From contig OZ024740.1 in assembly GCA_964016885.1 (NCBI GenBank), positions 138,446,001 to 138,510,000 on the forward strand: a DNA stretch of 64,000 nt, in the 5' to 3' direction. A program made the translations under genes and the position numbers. Positions within the stretch are counted from its first letter, which is position 1. Every line of letters starts with the position of its first letter. The DNA comes from Eledone cirrhosa (lineage: Eukaryota). Positions 1-15,000 of the stretch are shown in pieces. Below the pieces are notes generated by a model. The model saw nothing but the letters and a program-made list of their open reading frames with translations, was not told the DNA's origin and made no database searches.

Positions 1-3000
1 ATCTCCAATTCTCTCTTTCTCTTATCACTTTTCTCTCAATCTCCAATTCTCTCTTTCTCTTATCACTTTTCTCTCAATCTCCAATTCTCTCTTTCTCTTA
101 TCATTTTCCCCCCAATCTCCAATTCTCTCTCTCTCTTATCACTTTTCCCCCAATCTCCAATTCTCTCTTTCTCTTATCACTTTTCTCTCAATCTCCAATT
201 CTCTCTTTCTCTTATCACTTTTCTCTCAATCTCCAATTCTCTCTTTCTCTTATCACTTTTCTCTCAATCTCCCATTCTCTCTTTCTCTTATCACTTTTCT
301 CTCAATCTCCAATTCTCTCTTTCTCTTATCACTTTTCCCCCAATCTCCAATTCTCTCTCTCTCTTATCACTTTTCCCCCAATCTCCAATTCTCTCATTCT
401 CTTATCACTTTTCTCTCACTCTCCAATTCTCTCTTTCTCTTATCACTTTTCTCTCAATCTCCAATTCTCTCTTTCTCTTATCACTTTTCTCTCAATCTCC
501 AATTCTCTCTTTCTCTTATCATTTTCCCCCCAATCTCCAATTCTCTCTCTCTCTTATCACTTTTCCCCCAATCTCCAATACTCTCTTTCTCTTATCACTT
601 TTCTCTCAATCTCCAATTCTCTCTTTCTCTTATCACTTTTCTCTCAATCTCCAATTCTCTCTTTCTCTTATCACTTTTCTCTCAATCTCCAATTCTCTCT
701 TTCTCTTATCACTTTTCTCTCAATCTCCAATTCTCTCTCTCTCTTATCACTTTTCCTCCAATCTCCAATTCTCTCTCTCTGTTATCACTTTTCTCTCAAT
801 CTCCAATTCTCTCTCTCTCTTATCACTTTTCCCCCAATCTCCAATTCTCTCTTTCTCTTATCACTTTTCTCTCAATCTCCAATTCTCTCTCTCTCTTATC
901 ACTTTTCCCCCAATCTCCAATTCTCTCTCTCTCTTATCACTTTTCCCCCAATCTCCAATTCTCTCTTTCTCTTATCACTTTTCTCTCAATCTCCAAATCT
1001 CTCTTTCTCTTATCACTTTTCCCCCAATCTCCAATTCTCCCTTTCTCTTATCACTTTTCTCTCAATCTCCAATTCTCTCTTTCTCTTATCATTTTTCCCT
1101 CAATCTCCAATTCTCTCTTTCTCTTATCACTTTTCCCCCAATATCCAATTCTCTCTTTCTCTTATCACTTTTCTCTCAATCTCCAATTCTCTCTTTCTCT
1201 TATCACTTTTCCCCCAAACTCCAATTCTCTCTCTCTCTTATCACTTTTCCCCCAATCTCCAATTCTCTCTCTCTCTTATCACTTTTCTCTCAATCTCCAA
1301 TTCTCTCTTTCTCTTATCACTTTTCTCTCAATCTCCAATTCTCTCTTTCTCTTATCATTTTCCCCCCAATCTCCAATTCTCTCTCTCTCTTATCACTTTT
1401 CCCCCAATCTCCAATTCTCTCTTTCTCTTATCACTTTTCTCTCAATCTCCAATTCTCTCTTTCTCTTATCACTTTTCTCTCAATCTCCAATTCTCTCTTT
1501 CTCTTATCACTTTTCTCTCAATCTCCAATTCTCTCTTTCTCTTATCACTTTTCTCTCAATCTCCAATTCTCTTTTTCTCTTATCACTTTTCCCCCAATCT
1601 CCAATTCTCTCTCTCTCTTATCACTTTTCCCCCAATCTCCAATTCTCTCATTCTCTTATCACTTTTCTCTCACTCTCCAATTCTCTCTTTCTCTTATCAC
1701 TTTTCTCTCAATCTCCAATTCTCTCTTTCTCTTATCACTTTTCTCTCAATCTCCAATTCTCTCTTTCTCTTATCACTTTTCTCTCAATCTCCAATTCTCT
1801 CTCTCTCTTATCACTTTACTCTCAATCTCCAATTCTCTCTGTTTCTTATCACTTTTCTCTCAATCTCCAATTCTCTCTTTCTCTTATCACTTTTCTCTCA
1901 ATCTCCAATTCTCTCTCTCTCTTATCACTTTTCCCCCAATCTCCAATTCTCTCTCTCTCTTATCACTTTTCTCTCAATCTCCAATTCTCTCTTTCTCTTA
2001 TCACTTTTCTCTCAATCTCCAATTCTCACTTTCTCTTATCACTTTTCTCTCAATCTCCAATTCTCTCTGTTTCTTATCACTTTTCTCTCAATCTCCAATT
2101 CTCTCTTTCTCTTGTCACTTTTCTCTCAATCTCCAATTCTCTCTTTCTCTTATCACTTTTCTCTCAATCTCCAATTCTCTCTTTCTCTTATCACTTTTCT
2201 ATCAATCTCCAATTCTCTCTTTCTCTTATCACTTTTCTCTCAATCTCCAATTCTCTCTTTCTCTTATCACTTTTCTCTCAATCTCCAATTCTCTCTTTCT
2301 CTTATCACTTTTCCCCCAATCTCCAATTCTCTCTCTCTCTTATCACTTTTCCCCCAATCTCCAATTCTCTCTTTCTCTTATCACTTTTCTCTCAATCTCC
2401 AATTCTCTCTTTCTCTTATCACTTTTCTCTCAATCTCCAATTCTCTGTTTCTCTTATCACTTTTCTCTCAATCTCCAATTCTCTCTCTCTCTTATCACTT
2501 TACTCTCAATCTCCAATTCTCTCTCTCTCTTATCACTTTTCCTCCAATCTTCAATTCTCTCTCTCTCTTATCACTTTTCCCCCAAACTCCAATTCTCTCT
2601 TTCTCTTATCACTTTTCTCTCAATCTCCAATTCTCTCTTTCTCTTATCACTTTTCTCTCAATCTCCAATTCTCTCTTTCTCTTATCACTTTTCTCTCAAT
2701 CTCCAATTCTCTCTTTCTCTTATCACTTTTCTCTCAATCTCCAATTCTCTCTTTCTCTTATCACTTTTCCCTCAATCTCCAATTCTCTCTTTCTCTTATC
2801 ACTTTTCTCTCAATCTCCAATTCTCTCTTTCTCTTATCACTTTTCTCTCAATCTCCAATTCTCTCTTTCTCTTATCACTTTTCTCTCAATCTCCAATTCT
2901 CTCTTTCTCTTATCACTTTTCTCTCACTCTCCAATTCTCTCTTTCTCTTATCACTTTTCTCTCAATCTCCAATTCTCTCTTTCTCTTATCACTTTTCCCT

Positions 3001-6000
3001 CAATCTCCAATTCTCTCTTTCTCTTATCACTTTTCTCTCAATCTCCAATTCTCTCTTTCTCTTATCACTTTTCTCTCAATCTCCAATTCTCTCTTTCTCT
3101 TATCACTTTTCTCTCAATCTCCAATTCTCTCTTTCTCTTATCACTTTTCTCTCAATCTCCAATTCTCTCTCTCTCTTATCACTTTTCCCCCAATCTCCAA
3201 TTCTCTATTTCTCTTATCACTTTTCTCTCAATCTCCAATTCTCTCTCTCTCTCTTATCACTTTTCCCCCAATCTCCAATTCTCTCTTTCTCTCATCACTT
3301 TTCTCTCAATCTCCAATTCTCTCTTTCTCTTATCACTTTTCTCTCAATCTCCAATTCTCACTGTTTCTTATCACTTTTCTCTCAATCTCCAATTCTCTCT
3401 TTCTCTTATCACTTTTCTCTCAATCTCCAATTCTCTCTTTCTCTTATCACTTTTCTCTCAATCTCCAATTCTCTCTCTCTCTTATCACTTTTCCCCCAAT
3501 CTCCAATTCTCTCTCTCTCTTATCACTTTTCTCTCAATCTCCAATTCTCTCTTTCTCTTATCACTTTTCTCTCAATCTCCAATTCTCTCTTTCTCTTATC
3601 ACTTTTCTCTCAATCTCCAATTCTCTCTGTTTCTTATCACTTTTCTCTCAATCTCCAATTCTCTCTTTCTCTTGTCACTTTTCTCTCAATCTCCAATTCT
3701 CTCTTTCTCTTATCACTTTTCTCTCAATCTCCAATTCTCTCTTTCTCTTATCACTTTTCTCTCAATCTCCAATTCTCTCTCTCTCTTATCACTTTTCTCT
3801 CAATCTCCAATTCTCTCTTTCTCTTATCATTTTCCCCCCAATCTCCAATTCTCTCTCTCTCTTATCACTTTTCCCCCAATTTCCAATTCTCTCTTTCTCT
3901 TATCACTTTTCTCTCAATCTCCAATTCACTCTTTCTCTTATCACTTTTCTCTCAATCTCCAATTCTCTCTTTCTCTTATCACTTTTCTCTCAATCTCCAA
4001 TTCTCTCTTTCTCTTATCACTTTTCTCTCAATCTCCAATTCTCTCTTTCTCTTATCACTTTTCCCCCAATCTCCAATTCTCTCTCTCTCTTATCACTTTT
4101 CCCCCAATCTCCAATTCTCTCATTCTCTTATCACTTTTCTCTCACTCTCCAATTCTCTCTTTCTCTTATCACTTTTCTCTCAATCTCCAATTCTCTCTTT
4201 CTCTTATCACTTTTCTCTCAATCTCCAATTCTCTCTTTCTCTTATCATTTTCCCCCTAATCTCCAATTCTCTCTCTCTCTTATCACTTTTCCCCCAATCT
4301 CCAATTCTCTCTTTCTCTTATCACTTTTCTCTCAATCTCCAATTCTCTCTTTCTCTTATCACTTTTCTCTCAATCTCCAATTCTCTCTTTCTCTTATCAC
4401 TTTTCTCTCAATCTCCAATTCTCTCTTTCTCTTATCACTTTTCTCTCAATCTCCAATTCTCTCTCTCTCTTATCACTTTTCTCTCAATCTCCAATTCTCT
4501 CTCTCTCTTATCACTTTTCTCTCAATCTCCAATTCTCTCTCTCTCTTATCACCTTTCCCCCAATCTCCAATTCTCTCTCTCTCTTATCACTTTTCTCTCA
4601 ATCTCCAATTCTCTCTTTCTCTTATCACTTTTCTCTCAATCTCCAATTCTCTCTTTCTCTTATCACTTTTCTCTCAATCTCCAATTCTCTCTTTCTCTTA
4701 TCATTTTCCCCCCAATCTCCAATTCTCTCTCTCTCTTATCACTTTTCCCCCAATCTCCAATTCTCTCTTTCTCTTATCACTTTTCTCTCAATCTCCAATT
4801 CTCTCTCTCTCTTATCACTTTTCCCCCAATCTCCAATTCTCTCTTTCTCTTATCACTTTTCTCTTAATCTCCAATTCTCTCTTTCTCTTATCACTTTTCT
4901 CTCAATCTCCAATTCTCTCTTTCTCTTATCACTTTTCTCTCAATCTCCAATTCTCTCTTTCTCTTATCACTTTTCTCTCAATCTCCAATTCTCTCTCTCT
5001 CTTATCACTATTCCCACAATCTCCAATTCTCTCTCTCTCTTATCACTTTTCCCCCAATCTCCAATTCTCTCTTTCTCTTATCACTTTTCTCTCAATCTCC
5101 AAATCTCTCTTTCTCTTATCACTTTTCCCCCAATCTCCAATCCTCTCTTTCTCTTATCACTTTTCTCTCAATCTCCAATTCTCTCTTTCTCTTATCATTT
5201 TTCCCTCAATCTCCAATTCTCTCTTTCTCTTATCACTTTTCTCTCAATCTCCAATTCTCTCTCTCTCTTATCACTTTACTCTCAATCTCCAATTCTCTCT
5301 GTTTCTTATCACTTTTCTCTCAATCTCCAATTCTCTCTTTCTCTTATCACTTTTCTCTCAATCTCCAATTCTCTCTTTCTCTTATCACTTTTCTCTCAAT
5401 CTCCAATTCTCTCTCTCTCTTATCACTTTTCCCCCAATCTCCAATTCTCTCTCTCTCTTATCACTTTTCTCTCAATCTCCAATTCTCTCTTTCTCTTATC
5501 ACTTTTCTCTCAATCTCCAATTCTCACTTTCTCTTATCACTTTTCTCTCAATCTCCAATTCTCTCTGTTTCTTATCACTTTTCTCTCAATCTCCAATTCT
5601 CTCTTTCTCTTGTCACTTTTCTCTCAATCTCCAATTCTCTCTTTCTCTTATCACTTTTCTCTCAATCTCCAATTCTCTCTTTCTCTTATCACTTTTCTAT
5701 CAATCTCCAATTCTCTCTTTCTCTTATCACTTTTCTCTCAATCTCCAATTCTCTCTTTCTCTTATCACTTTTCTCTCAATCTCCAATTCTCTCTTTCTCT
5801 TATCACTTTTCCCCCAATCTCCAATTCTCTCTCTCTCTTATCACTTTTCCCCCAATCTCCAATTCTCTCTTTCTCTTATCACTTTTCTCTCAATCTCCAA
5901 TTCTCTCTTTCTCTTATCACTTTTCTCTCAATCTCCAATTCTCTGTTTCTCTTATCACTTTTCTCTCAATCTCCAATTCTCTCTCTCTCTTATCACTTTA

Positions 6001-9000
6001 CTCTCAATCTCCAATTCTCTCTCTCTCTTATCACTTTTCCTCCAATCTTCAATTCTCTCTCTCTCTTATCACTTTTCCCCCAAACTCCAATTCTCTCTTT
6101 CTCTTATCACTTTTCTCTCAATCTCCAATTCTCTCTTTCTCTTATCACTTTTCTCTCAATCTCCAATTCTCTCTTTCTCTTATCACTTTTCTCTCAATCT
6201 CCAATTCTCTCTTTCTCTTATCACTTTTCTCTCAATCTCCAATTCTCTCTTTCTCTTATCACTTTTCCCTCAATCTCCAATTCTCTCTTTCTCTTATCAC
6301 TTTTCTCTCAATCTCCAATTCTCTCTTTCTCTTATCACTTTTCTCTCAATCTCCAATTCTCTCTTTCTCTTATCACTTTTCTCTCAATCTCCAATTCTCT
6401 CTTTCTCTTATCACTTTTCTCTCACTCTCCAATTCTCTCTTTCTCTTATCACTTTTCTCTCAATCTCCAATTCTCTCTTTCTCTTATCACTTTTCCCTCA
6501 ATCTCCAATTCTCTCTTTCTCTTATCACTTTTCTCTCAATCTCCAATTCTCTCTTTCTCTTATCACTTTTCTCTCAATCTCCAATTCTCTCTTTCTCTTA
6601 TCACTTTTCTCTCAATCTCCAATTCTCTCTTTCTCTTATCACTTTTCTCTCAATCTCCAATTCTCTCTCTCTCTTATCACTTTTCCCCCAATCTCCAATT
6701 CTCTATTTCTCTTATCACTTTTCTCTCAATCTCCAATTCTCTCTCTCTCTCTTATCACTTTTCCCCCAATCTCCAATTCTCTCTTTCTCTCATCACTTTT
6801 CTCTCAATCTCCAATTCTCTCTTTCTCTTATCACTTTTCTCTCAATCTCCAATTCTCACTGTTTCTTATCACTTTTCTCTCAATCTCCAATTCTCTCTTT
6901 CTCTTATCACTTTTCTCTCAATCTCCAATTCTCTCTTTCTCTTATCACTTTTCTCTCAATCTCCAATTCTCTCTCTCTCTTATCACTTTTCCCCCAATCT
7001 CCAATTCTCTCTCTCTCTTATCACTTTTCTCTCAATCTCCAATTCTCTCTTTCTCTTATCACTTTTCTCTCAATCTCCAATTCTCTCTTTCTCTTATCAC
7101 TTTTCTCTCAATCTCCAATTCTCTCTGTTTCTTATCACTTTTCTCTCAATCTCCAATTCTCTCTTTCTCTTGTCACTTTTCTCTCAATCTCCAATTCTCT
7201 CTTTCTCTTATCACTTTTCTCTCAATCTCCAATTCTCTCTTTCTCTTATCACTTTTCTCTCAATCTCCAATTCTCTCTCTCTCTTATCACTTTTCTCTCA
7301 ATCTCCAATTCTCTCTTTCTCTTATCATTTTCCCCCCAATCTCCAATTCTCTCTCTCTCTTATCACTTTTCCCCCAATTTCCAATTCTCTCTTTCTCTTA
7401 TCACTTTTCTCTCAATCTCCAATTCACTCTTTCTCTTATCACTTTTCTCTCAATCTCCAATTCTCTCTTTCTCTTATCACTTTTCTCTCAATCTCCAATT
7501 CTCTCTTTCTCTTATCACTTTTCTCTCAATCTCCAATTCTCTCTTTCTCTTATCACTTTTCCCCCAATCTCCAATTCTCTCTCTCTCTTATCACTTTTCC
7601 CCCAATCTCCAATTCTCTCATTCTCTTATCACTTTTCTCTCACTCTCCAATTCTCTCTTTCTCTTATCACTTTTCTCTCAATCTCCAATTCTCTCTTTCT
7701 CTTATCACTTTTCTCTCAATCTCCAATTCTCTCTTTCTCTTATCATTTTCCCCCTAATCTCCAATTCTCTCTCTCTCTTATCACTTTTCCCCCAATCTCC
7801 AATTCTCTCTTTCTCTTATCACTTTTCTCTCAATCTCCAATTCTCTCTTTCTCTTATCACTTTTCTCTCAATCTCCAATTCTCTCTTTCTCTTATCACTT
7901 TTCTCTCAATCTCCAATTCTCTCTTTCTCTTATCACTTTTCTCTCAATCTCCAATTCTCTCTCTCTCTTATCACTTTTCTCTCAATCTCCAATTCTCTCT
8001 CTCTCTTATCACTTTTCTCTCAATCTCCAATTCTCTCTCTCTCTTATCACCTTTCCCCCAATCTCCAATTCTCTCTCTCTCTTATCACTTTTCTCTCAAT
8101 CTCCAATTCTCTCTTTCTCTTATCACTTTTCTCTCAATCTCCAATTCTCTCTTTCTCTTATCACTTTTCTCTCAATCTCCAATTCTCTCTTTCTCTTATC
8201 ATTTTCCCCCCAATCTCCAATTCTCTCTCTCTCTTATCACTTTTCCCCCAATCTCCAATTCTCTCTTTCTCTTATCACTTTTCTCTCAATCTCCAATTCT
8301 CTCTCTCTCTTATCACTTTTCCCCCAATCTCCAATTCTCTCTTTCTCTTATCACTTTTCTCTTAATCTCCAATTCTCTCTTTCTCTTATCACTTTTCTCT
8401 CAATCTCCAATTCTCTCTTTCTCTTATCACTTTTCTCTCAATCTCCAATTCTCTCTTTCTCTTATCACTTTTCTCTCAATCTCCAATTCTCTCCCTCTCT
8501 TATCACTATTCCCACAATCTCCAATTCTCTCTCTCTCTTATCACTTTTCCCCCAATCTCCAATTCTCTCTTTCTCTTATCACTTTTCTCTCAATCTCCAA
8601 ATCTCTCTTTCTCTTATCACTTTTCCCCCAATCTCCAATCCTCTCTTTCTCTTATCACTTTTCTCTCAATCTCCAATTCTCTCTTTCTCTTATCATTTTT
8701 CCCTCAATCTCCAATTCTCTCCTTCTCTTATCACTTTTCTCTCAATCTCCAATTCTCTCTTTCTCTTATCACTTTTCTCTCAATCTCCAATTCTCTCTTT
8801 CTCTTATCACTTTTCTCTCAATCTCCAATTCTCTCTTTCTCTTATCACTTTTCTCTCAATCTCCAATTCTCTCTTTCTCTTATCACTTTTCTCTCAATCT
8901 CCAATTCTCTCTTTCTCTTATCACTTTTCTCTCAATCTCCAATTCTCTCATTCTCTTATCACTTTTCCCCCAATCTCCAATTCTCTCTCTCTCTTATCAC

Positions 9001-12000
9001 TTTTCCCCCAATCTCCAATTCTCTCTTTCTCTTATCACTTTTCTCTCAATCTCCAATTCTCTCTATCTCTTATCACTTTTCTCTCAATATCCAATTCTCT
9101 CTTTCTCTTATCACTTTTCTCTCAATCTCCAATTCTCTCTTTCTCTTATCACTTTTCCCCCCAATCTCCAATTCTCTCTCTCTCTTATCACTTTTCCCCC
9201 AAACTCCAATTCTCTCTTTCTCTTATCACTTTTCCCCCAATCTCCAATTCTCTCTTTCTCTTATCACTTTTCTCTCAATCTCCAATTCTCTCTTTCTCTT
9301 ATCACTTTTCCCCCAATCTCCAATTCTCTCTCTCTCTCTTATCACTTTCCCCCAATCTCCAATTATCTCATTCTCTTACCACTTTTCTCTCACTCTCCAA
9401 TTCTCTCTTTCTCTTATCACTTTTCTCTCAATCTCCAATTCTCTCTTTCTCTTATCACTTTTCTCTCAATCTCCAATTCTCTCTTTCTCTTATCACTTTT
9501 CTCTCAATCTCCAATTCTCTCTTTCTCTTATCATTTTCCCCCCAATCTCCAATTCTCTCTCTCTCTTATCACTTTTCCCCCAATCTCCAATTCTCTCTTT
9601 CTCTTATCACTTTTCTCTCAATCTCCAATTCTCTCTTTCTCTTATCACTTTTCTCTCAATCTCCAATTCTCTCTCTCTCTTATCACTTTTCCCCCAATCT
9701 CCAATTCTCTCTTTCTCTTATCACTTTTCTCTCAATCTCCAATTCTCTCTCTCTCTTATCACTTTTCCCCCAATCTCCAATTCTCTCTTTCTCTTATCAC
9801 TTTTCTCTTAATCTCCAATTCTCTCTTTCTCTTATCACTTTTCTCTCAATCTCCAATTCTCTCTTTCTCTTATCACTTTTCTCTCAATCTCCAATTCTCT
9901 CTTTCTCTTATCACTTTTCTCTCAATCTCCAATTCTCTCTCTCTCTTATCACTTTTCCCCCAATCTCCAATACTCTCTTTCAATTATCACTTTTCTCTCA
10001 ATCTCCAATTCTCTCTTTCTCTTATCACTTTTCTCTCAATCTCCAATTCTCTCTTTCTCTTATCACTTTTCTCTCAATCTCCAATTCTCTCTTTCTCTTA
10101 TCACTTTTCTCTCAATCTCCAATTCTCTCTTTCTCTTATCACTTTTCTCTCAATCTCCAATTCTCTCTTTCTCTTATCACTTTTCCCCCAATCTCCAATT
10201 CTCTCTCTCTCTTATCACTTTTCCCCAATCTCCAATTCTCTCATTCTCTTATCACTTTTCTCTCACTCTCCAATTCTCTCTTTCTCTTATCACTTTTCTC
10301 TCAATCTCCAATTCTCTCTTTCTCTTATCACTTTTCTCTCAATCTCCAATTCTCTCTTTCTCTTATCACTTTTCTCTCAATCTCCAATTCTCTCTTTCTC
10401 TTATCATTTTCCCCCCAATCTCCAATTCTCTCTCTCTTATCACTTTTCCCCCAATCTCCAATTCTCTCTTTCTCTTATCACTTTTCTCTCAATCTCCAAT
10501 TCTCTCTTTCTCTTATCACTTTTCTCTCAATCTCCAATTCTCTCTTTCTCTTATCACTTTTCTCTCAATCTCCAATTCTCTCTTTCTCTTATCACTTTTC
10601 TCTCAATCTCCAATTCTCTCTCTCTCTTATCACTTTTCTCTCAATCTCCAATTCTCTCTTTCTCTTATCACTTTTCTCTCAATCTCCAATTCTCTCTTTC
10701 TCTTATCACTTTTCCCCCAATCTCCAATTCTCTCTCTCTCTCTTATCACTTTTCCCCCAATCTCCAATTCTCTCATTCTCTTACCACTTTTCTCTCACTC
10801 TCCAATTCTCTCTTTCTCTTATCACTTTTCTCTCAATCTCCAATTCTCTCTTTCTCTTATCACTTTTCTCTCAATCTCCAATTCTCTCTTTCTCTTATCA
10901 CTTTTCTCTCAATCTCCAATTCTCTCTTTCTCTTATCACTTTTCTCTCAATCTCCAATTCTCTCTTTCTCTTATCATTTTCCCCCCAATCTCCAATTCTC
11001 TCTCTCTCTTATCACTTTTCCCCAATCTCCAATTCTCTCTTTCTCTTATCACTTTTCTCTCAATCTCCAATTCTCTCTTTCTCTTATCACTTTTCTCTCA
11101 ATCTCCAATTCTCTCTTTCTCTTATCACTTTTCTCTCAATCTCCAATTCTCTCTTTCTCTTATCACTTTTCTCTCAATCTCCAATTCTCTCTTTCTCTTA
11201 TCACTTTTCCCCCAATCTCCAATTCTCTCTCTCTCTTATCACTTTTCCCCAATCTCCAATTCTCTCATTCTCTTATCACTTTTCTCTCACTCTCCAATTC
11301 TCTCTTTCTCTTATCACTTTTCTCTCAATCTCCAATTCTCTCTTTCTCTTATCACTTTTCTCTCAATCTCCAATTCTCTCTTTCTCTTATCACTTTTCTC
11401 TCAATCTCCAATTCTCTCTTTCTCTTATCATTTTCCCCCCAATCTCCAATTCTCTCTCTCTCTTATCACTTTTCCCCCAATCTCCAATACTCTCTTTCTC
11501 TTATCACTTTTCTCTCAATCTCCAATTCTCTCTTTCTCTTATCACTTTTCTCTCAATCTCCAATTCTCTCTTTCTCTTATCACTTTTCTCTCAATCTCCA
11601 ATTCTCTCTTTCTCTTATCACTTTTCTCTCAATCTCCAATTCTCTCTCTCTCTTATCACTTTTCCCCCAATCTCCAATTCTCTCTCTCTCTTATCACTTT
11701 TCTCTCAATCTCCAATTCTCTCTCTCTCTTATCACTTTTCCCCCAATCTCCAATTCTCTCTTTCTCTTATCACTTTTCTCTCAATCTCCAATTCTCTCTC
11801 CTCTTATCACTTTTCCCCCAATCTCCAATTCTCTCTCTCTCTTATCACTTTTCCCCCAATCTCCAATTCTCTCTTTCTCTTATCACTTTTCTCTCAATCT
11901 CCAAATCTCTCTTTCTCTTATCACTTTTCCCCCAATCTCCAATTCTCCCTTTCTCTTATCACTTTTCTCTCAATCTCCAATTCTCTCTTTCTCTTATCAT

Positions 12001-15000
12001 TTTTCCCTCAATCTCCAATTCTCTCTTTCTCTTATCACTTTTCCCCCAATATCCAATTCTCTCATTCTCTTATCACTTTTCTCTCAATCTCCAATTCTCT
12101 CTTTCTCTTATCACTTTTCCCTCAATCTCCAATTCTCTCTTTCTCTTATCACTTTTCTCTCAATCTCCAATTCTCTCTTTCTCTTATCACTTTTCTCTCA
12201 ATCTCCAATTCTCTCTTTCTCTTATCACTTTTCTCTCAATCTCCAATTCTCTCTTCTCTTATCACTTTTCTCTCAATATCCAATTCTCTCTCTCTCTTAT
12301 CACTTTTCTCTCAATCTCCAATTCTCTCTCTCTCTTATCACTTTTCCCCAATCTCCAATTCTCTCTCTTATCACTTTTCCCCCAATCTCCAATTCTCTCT
12401 TTCTCTTATCACTTTTCTCTCAATCTCCAATTCTCTCTCTCTCTTATCACTTTTCCCCCAATCTCCAATTCTCTCTTTCTCTTATCACTTTTCTCTCAAT
12501 CTCCAATTCTCTCTCTCTCTCTTATCACTTTTCCCCCAATCTCCAATTCTCTCTTTCTCTCATCACTTTTCTCTCAATCTCCAATTCTCTCTTTCTCTTA
12601 TCACTTTTCTCTCAATCTCCAATTCTCACTGTTTCTTATCACTTTTCTCTCAATCTCCAATTCTCTCTTTCTCTTATCACTTTGCTCTCAATCTCCAATT
12701 CTCTCTTTCTCTTATCACTTTTCTCTCAATCTCCAATTCTCTCTCTCTCTTATCACTTTTCCCCCAATCTCCAATTCTCTCTCTCTCTTATCACTTTTCT
12801 CTCAATCTCCAATTCTCTCTTTCTCTTATCACTTTTCTCTCAATCTCCAATTCTCTCTTTCTCTTATCACTTTTCTCTCAATCTCCAATTCTCTCTGTTT
12901 CTTATCACTTTTCTCTCAATCTCCAATTCTCTCTTTCTCTTGTCACTTTTCTCTCAATCTCCAATTCTCTCTTTCTCTTATCACTTTTCTCTCAATCTCC
13001 AATTCTCTCTTTCTCTTATCACTTTTCTCTCAATCTCCAATTCTCTCTCTCTCTTATCACTTTTCTCTCAATCTCCAATTCTCTCTTTCTCTTATCATTT
13101 TCACCCCAATCTCCAATTCTCTCTCTCTCTTATCACTTTTCCCCCAATTTCCAATTCTCTCTTTCTCTTATCCCTTTTCTCTCAATCTCCAATTCACTCT
13201 TTCTCTTATCACTTTTCTCTCAATCTCCAATTCTCTCTTTCTCTTATCACTTTTCTCTCAATCTCCAATTCTCTCTTTCTCTTATCACTTTTCTCTCAAT
13301 CTCCAATTCTCTCTTTCTCTTATCACTTTTCCCCCAATCTCCAATTCTCTCTCTCTCTTATCACTTTTCCCCCAATCTCCAATTCTCTCATTCTCTTATC
13401 ACTTTTCTCTCACTCTCCAATTCTCTCTTTCTCTTATCACTTTTCTCTCAATCTCCAATTCTCTCTTTCTCTTATCACTTTTCTCTCAATCTCCAATTCT
13501 CTCTTTCTCTTATCATTTTCCCCCTAATCTCCAATTCTCTCTCTCTCTTATCACTTTTCCCCCAATCTCCAATTCTCTCTTTCTCTTATCACTTTTCTCT
13601 CAATCTCCAATTCTCTCTTTCTCTTATCACTTTTCTCTCAATCTCCAATTCTCTCTTTCTCTTATCACTTTTCTCTCAATCTCCAATTCTCTCTTTCTCT
13701 TATCACTTTTCTCTCAATCTCCAATTCTCTCTCTCTCTTATCACTTTTCTCTCAATCTCCAATTCTCTCTCTCTCTTATCACTTTTCTCTCAATCTCCAA
13801 TTCTCTCTCTCTCTTATCACCTTTCCCCCAATCTCCAATTCTCTCTCTCTCTTATCACTTTTCTCTCAATCTCCAATTCTCTCTTTCTCTTATCACTTTT
13901 CTCTCAATCTCCAATTCTCTCTTTCTCTTATCACTTTTCTCTCAATCTCCAATTCTCTCTTTCTCTTATCATTTTCCCCCCAATCTCCAATTCTCTCTCT
14001 CTCTTATCACTTTTCCCCCAATCTCCAATTCTCTCTTTCTCTTATCACTTTTCTCTCAATCTCCAATTCTCTCTCTCTCTTATCACTTTTCCCCCAATCT
14101 CCAATTCTCTCTTTCTCTTATCACTTTTCTCTTAATCTCCAATTCTCTCTTTCTCTTATCACTTTTCTCTCAATCTCCAATTCTCTCTTTCTCTTATCAC
14201 TTTTCTCTCAATCTCCAATTCTCTCTTTCTCTTATCACTTTTCTCTCAATCTCCAATTCTCTCTCTCTCTTATCACTTTTCCCACAATCTCCAATTCTCT
14301 CTCTCTCTTATCACTTTTCCCCCAATCTCCAATTCTCTCTTTCTCTTATCACTTTTCTCTCAATCTCCAAATCTCTCTTTCTCTTATCACTTTTCCCCCA
14401 ATCTCCAATCCTCTCTTTCTCTTATCACTTTTCTCTCAATCTCCAATTCTCTCTTTCTCTTATCATTTTTCCCTCAATCTCCAATTCTCTCTTTCTCTTA
14501 TCACTTTTCTCTCAATCTCCAATTCTCTCTTTCTCTTATCACTTTTCTCTCAATCTCCAATTCTCTCTTTCTCTTATCACTTTTCTCTCAATCTCCTATT
14601 CTCTCTTTCTCTTATCACTTTTCTCTCAATCTCCAATTCTCTCTTTCTCTTATCACTTTTCTCTCAATCTCCAATTCTCTCTTTCTCTTATCACTTTTCT
14701 CTCAATCTCCAATTCTCTCATTCTCTTATCACTTTTCCCCCAATCTCCAATTCTCTCTCTCTCTTATCACTTTTCCCCCAATCTCCAATTCTCTCTTTCT
14801 CTTATCACTTTTCTCTCAATCTCCAATTCTCTCTATCTCTTATCACTTTTCTCTCAATATCCAATTCTCTCTTTCTCTTATCACTTTTCTCTCAATCTCC
14901 AATTCTCTCTTTCTCTTATCACTTTTCCCCCCAATCTCCAATTCTCTCTCTCTCTTATCACTTTTCCCCCAAACTCCAATTCTCTCTTTCTCTTATCACT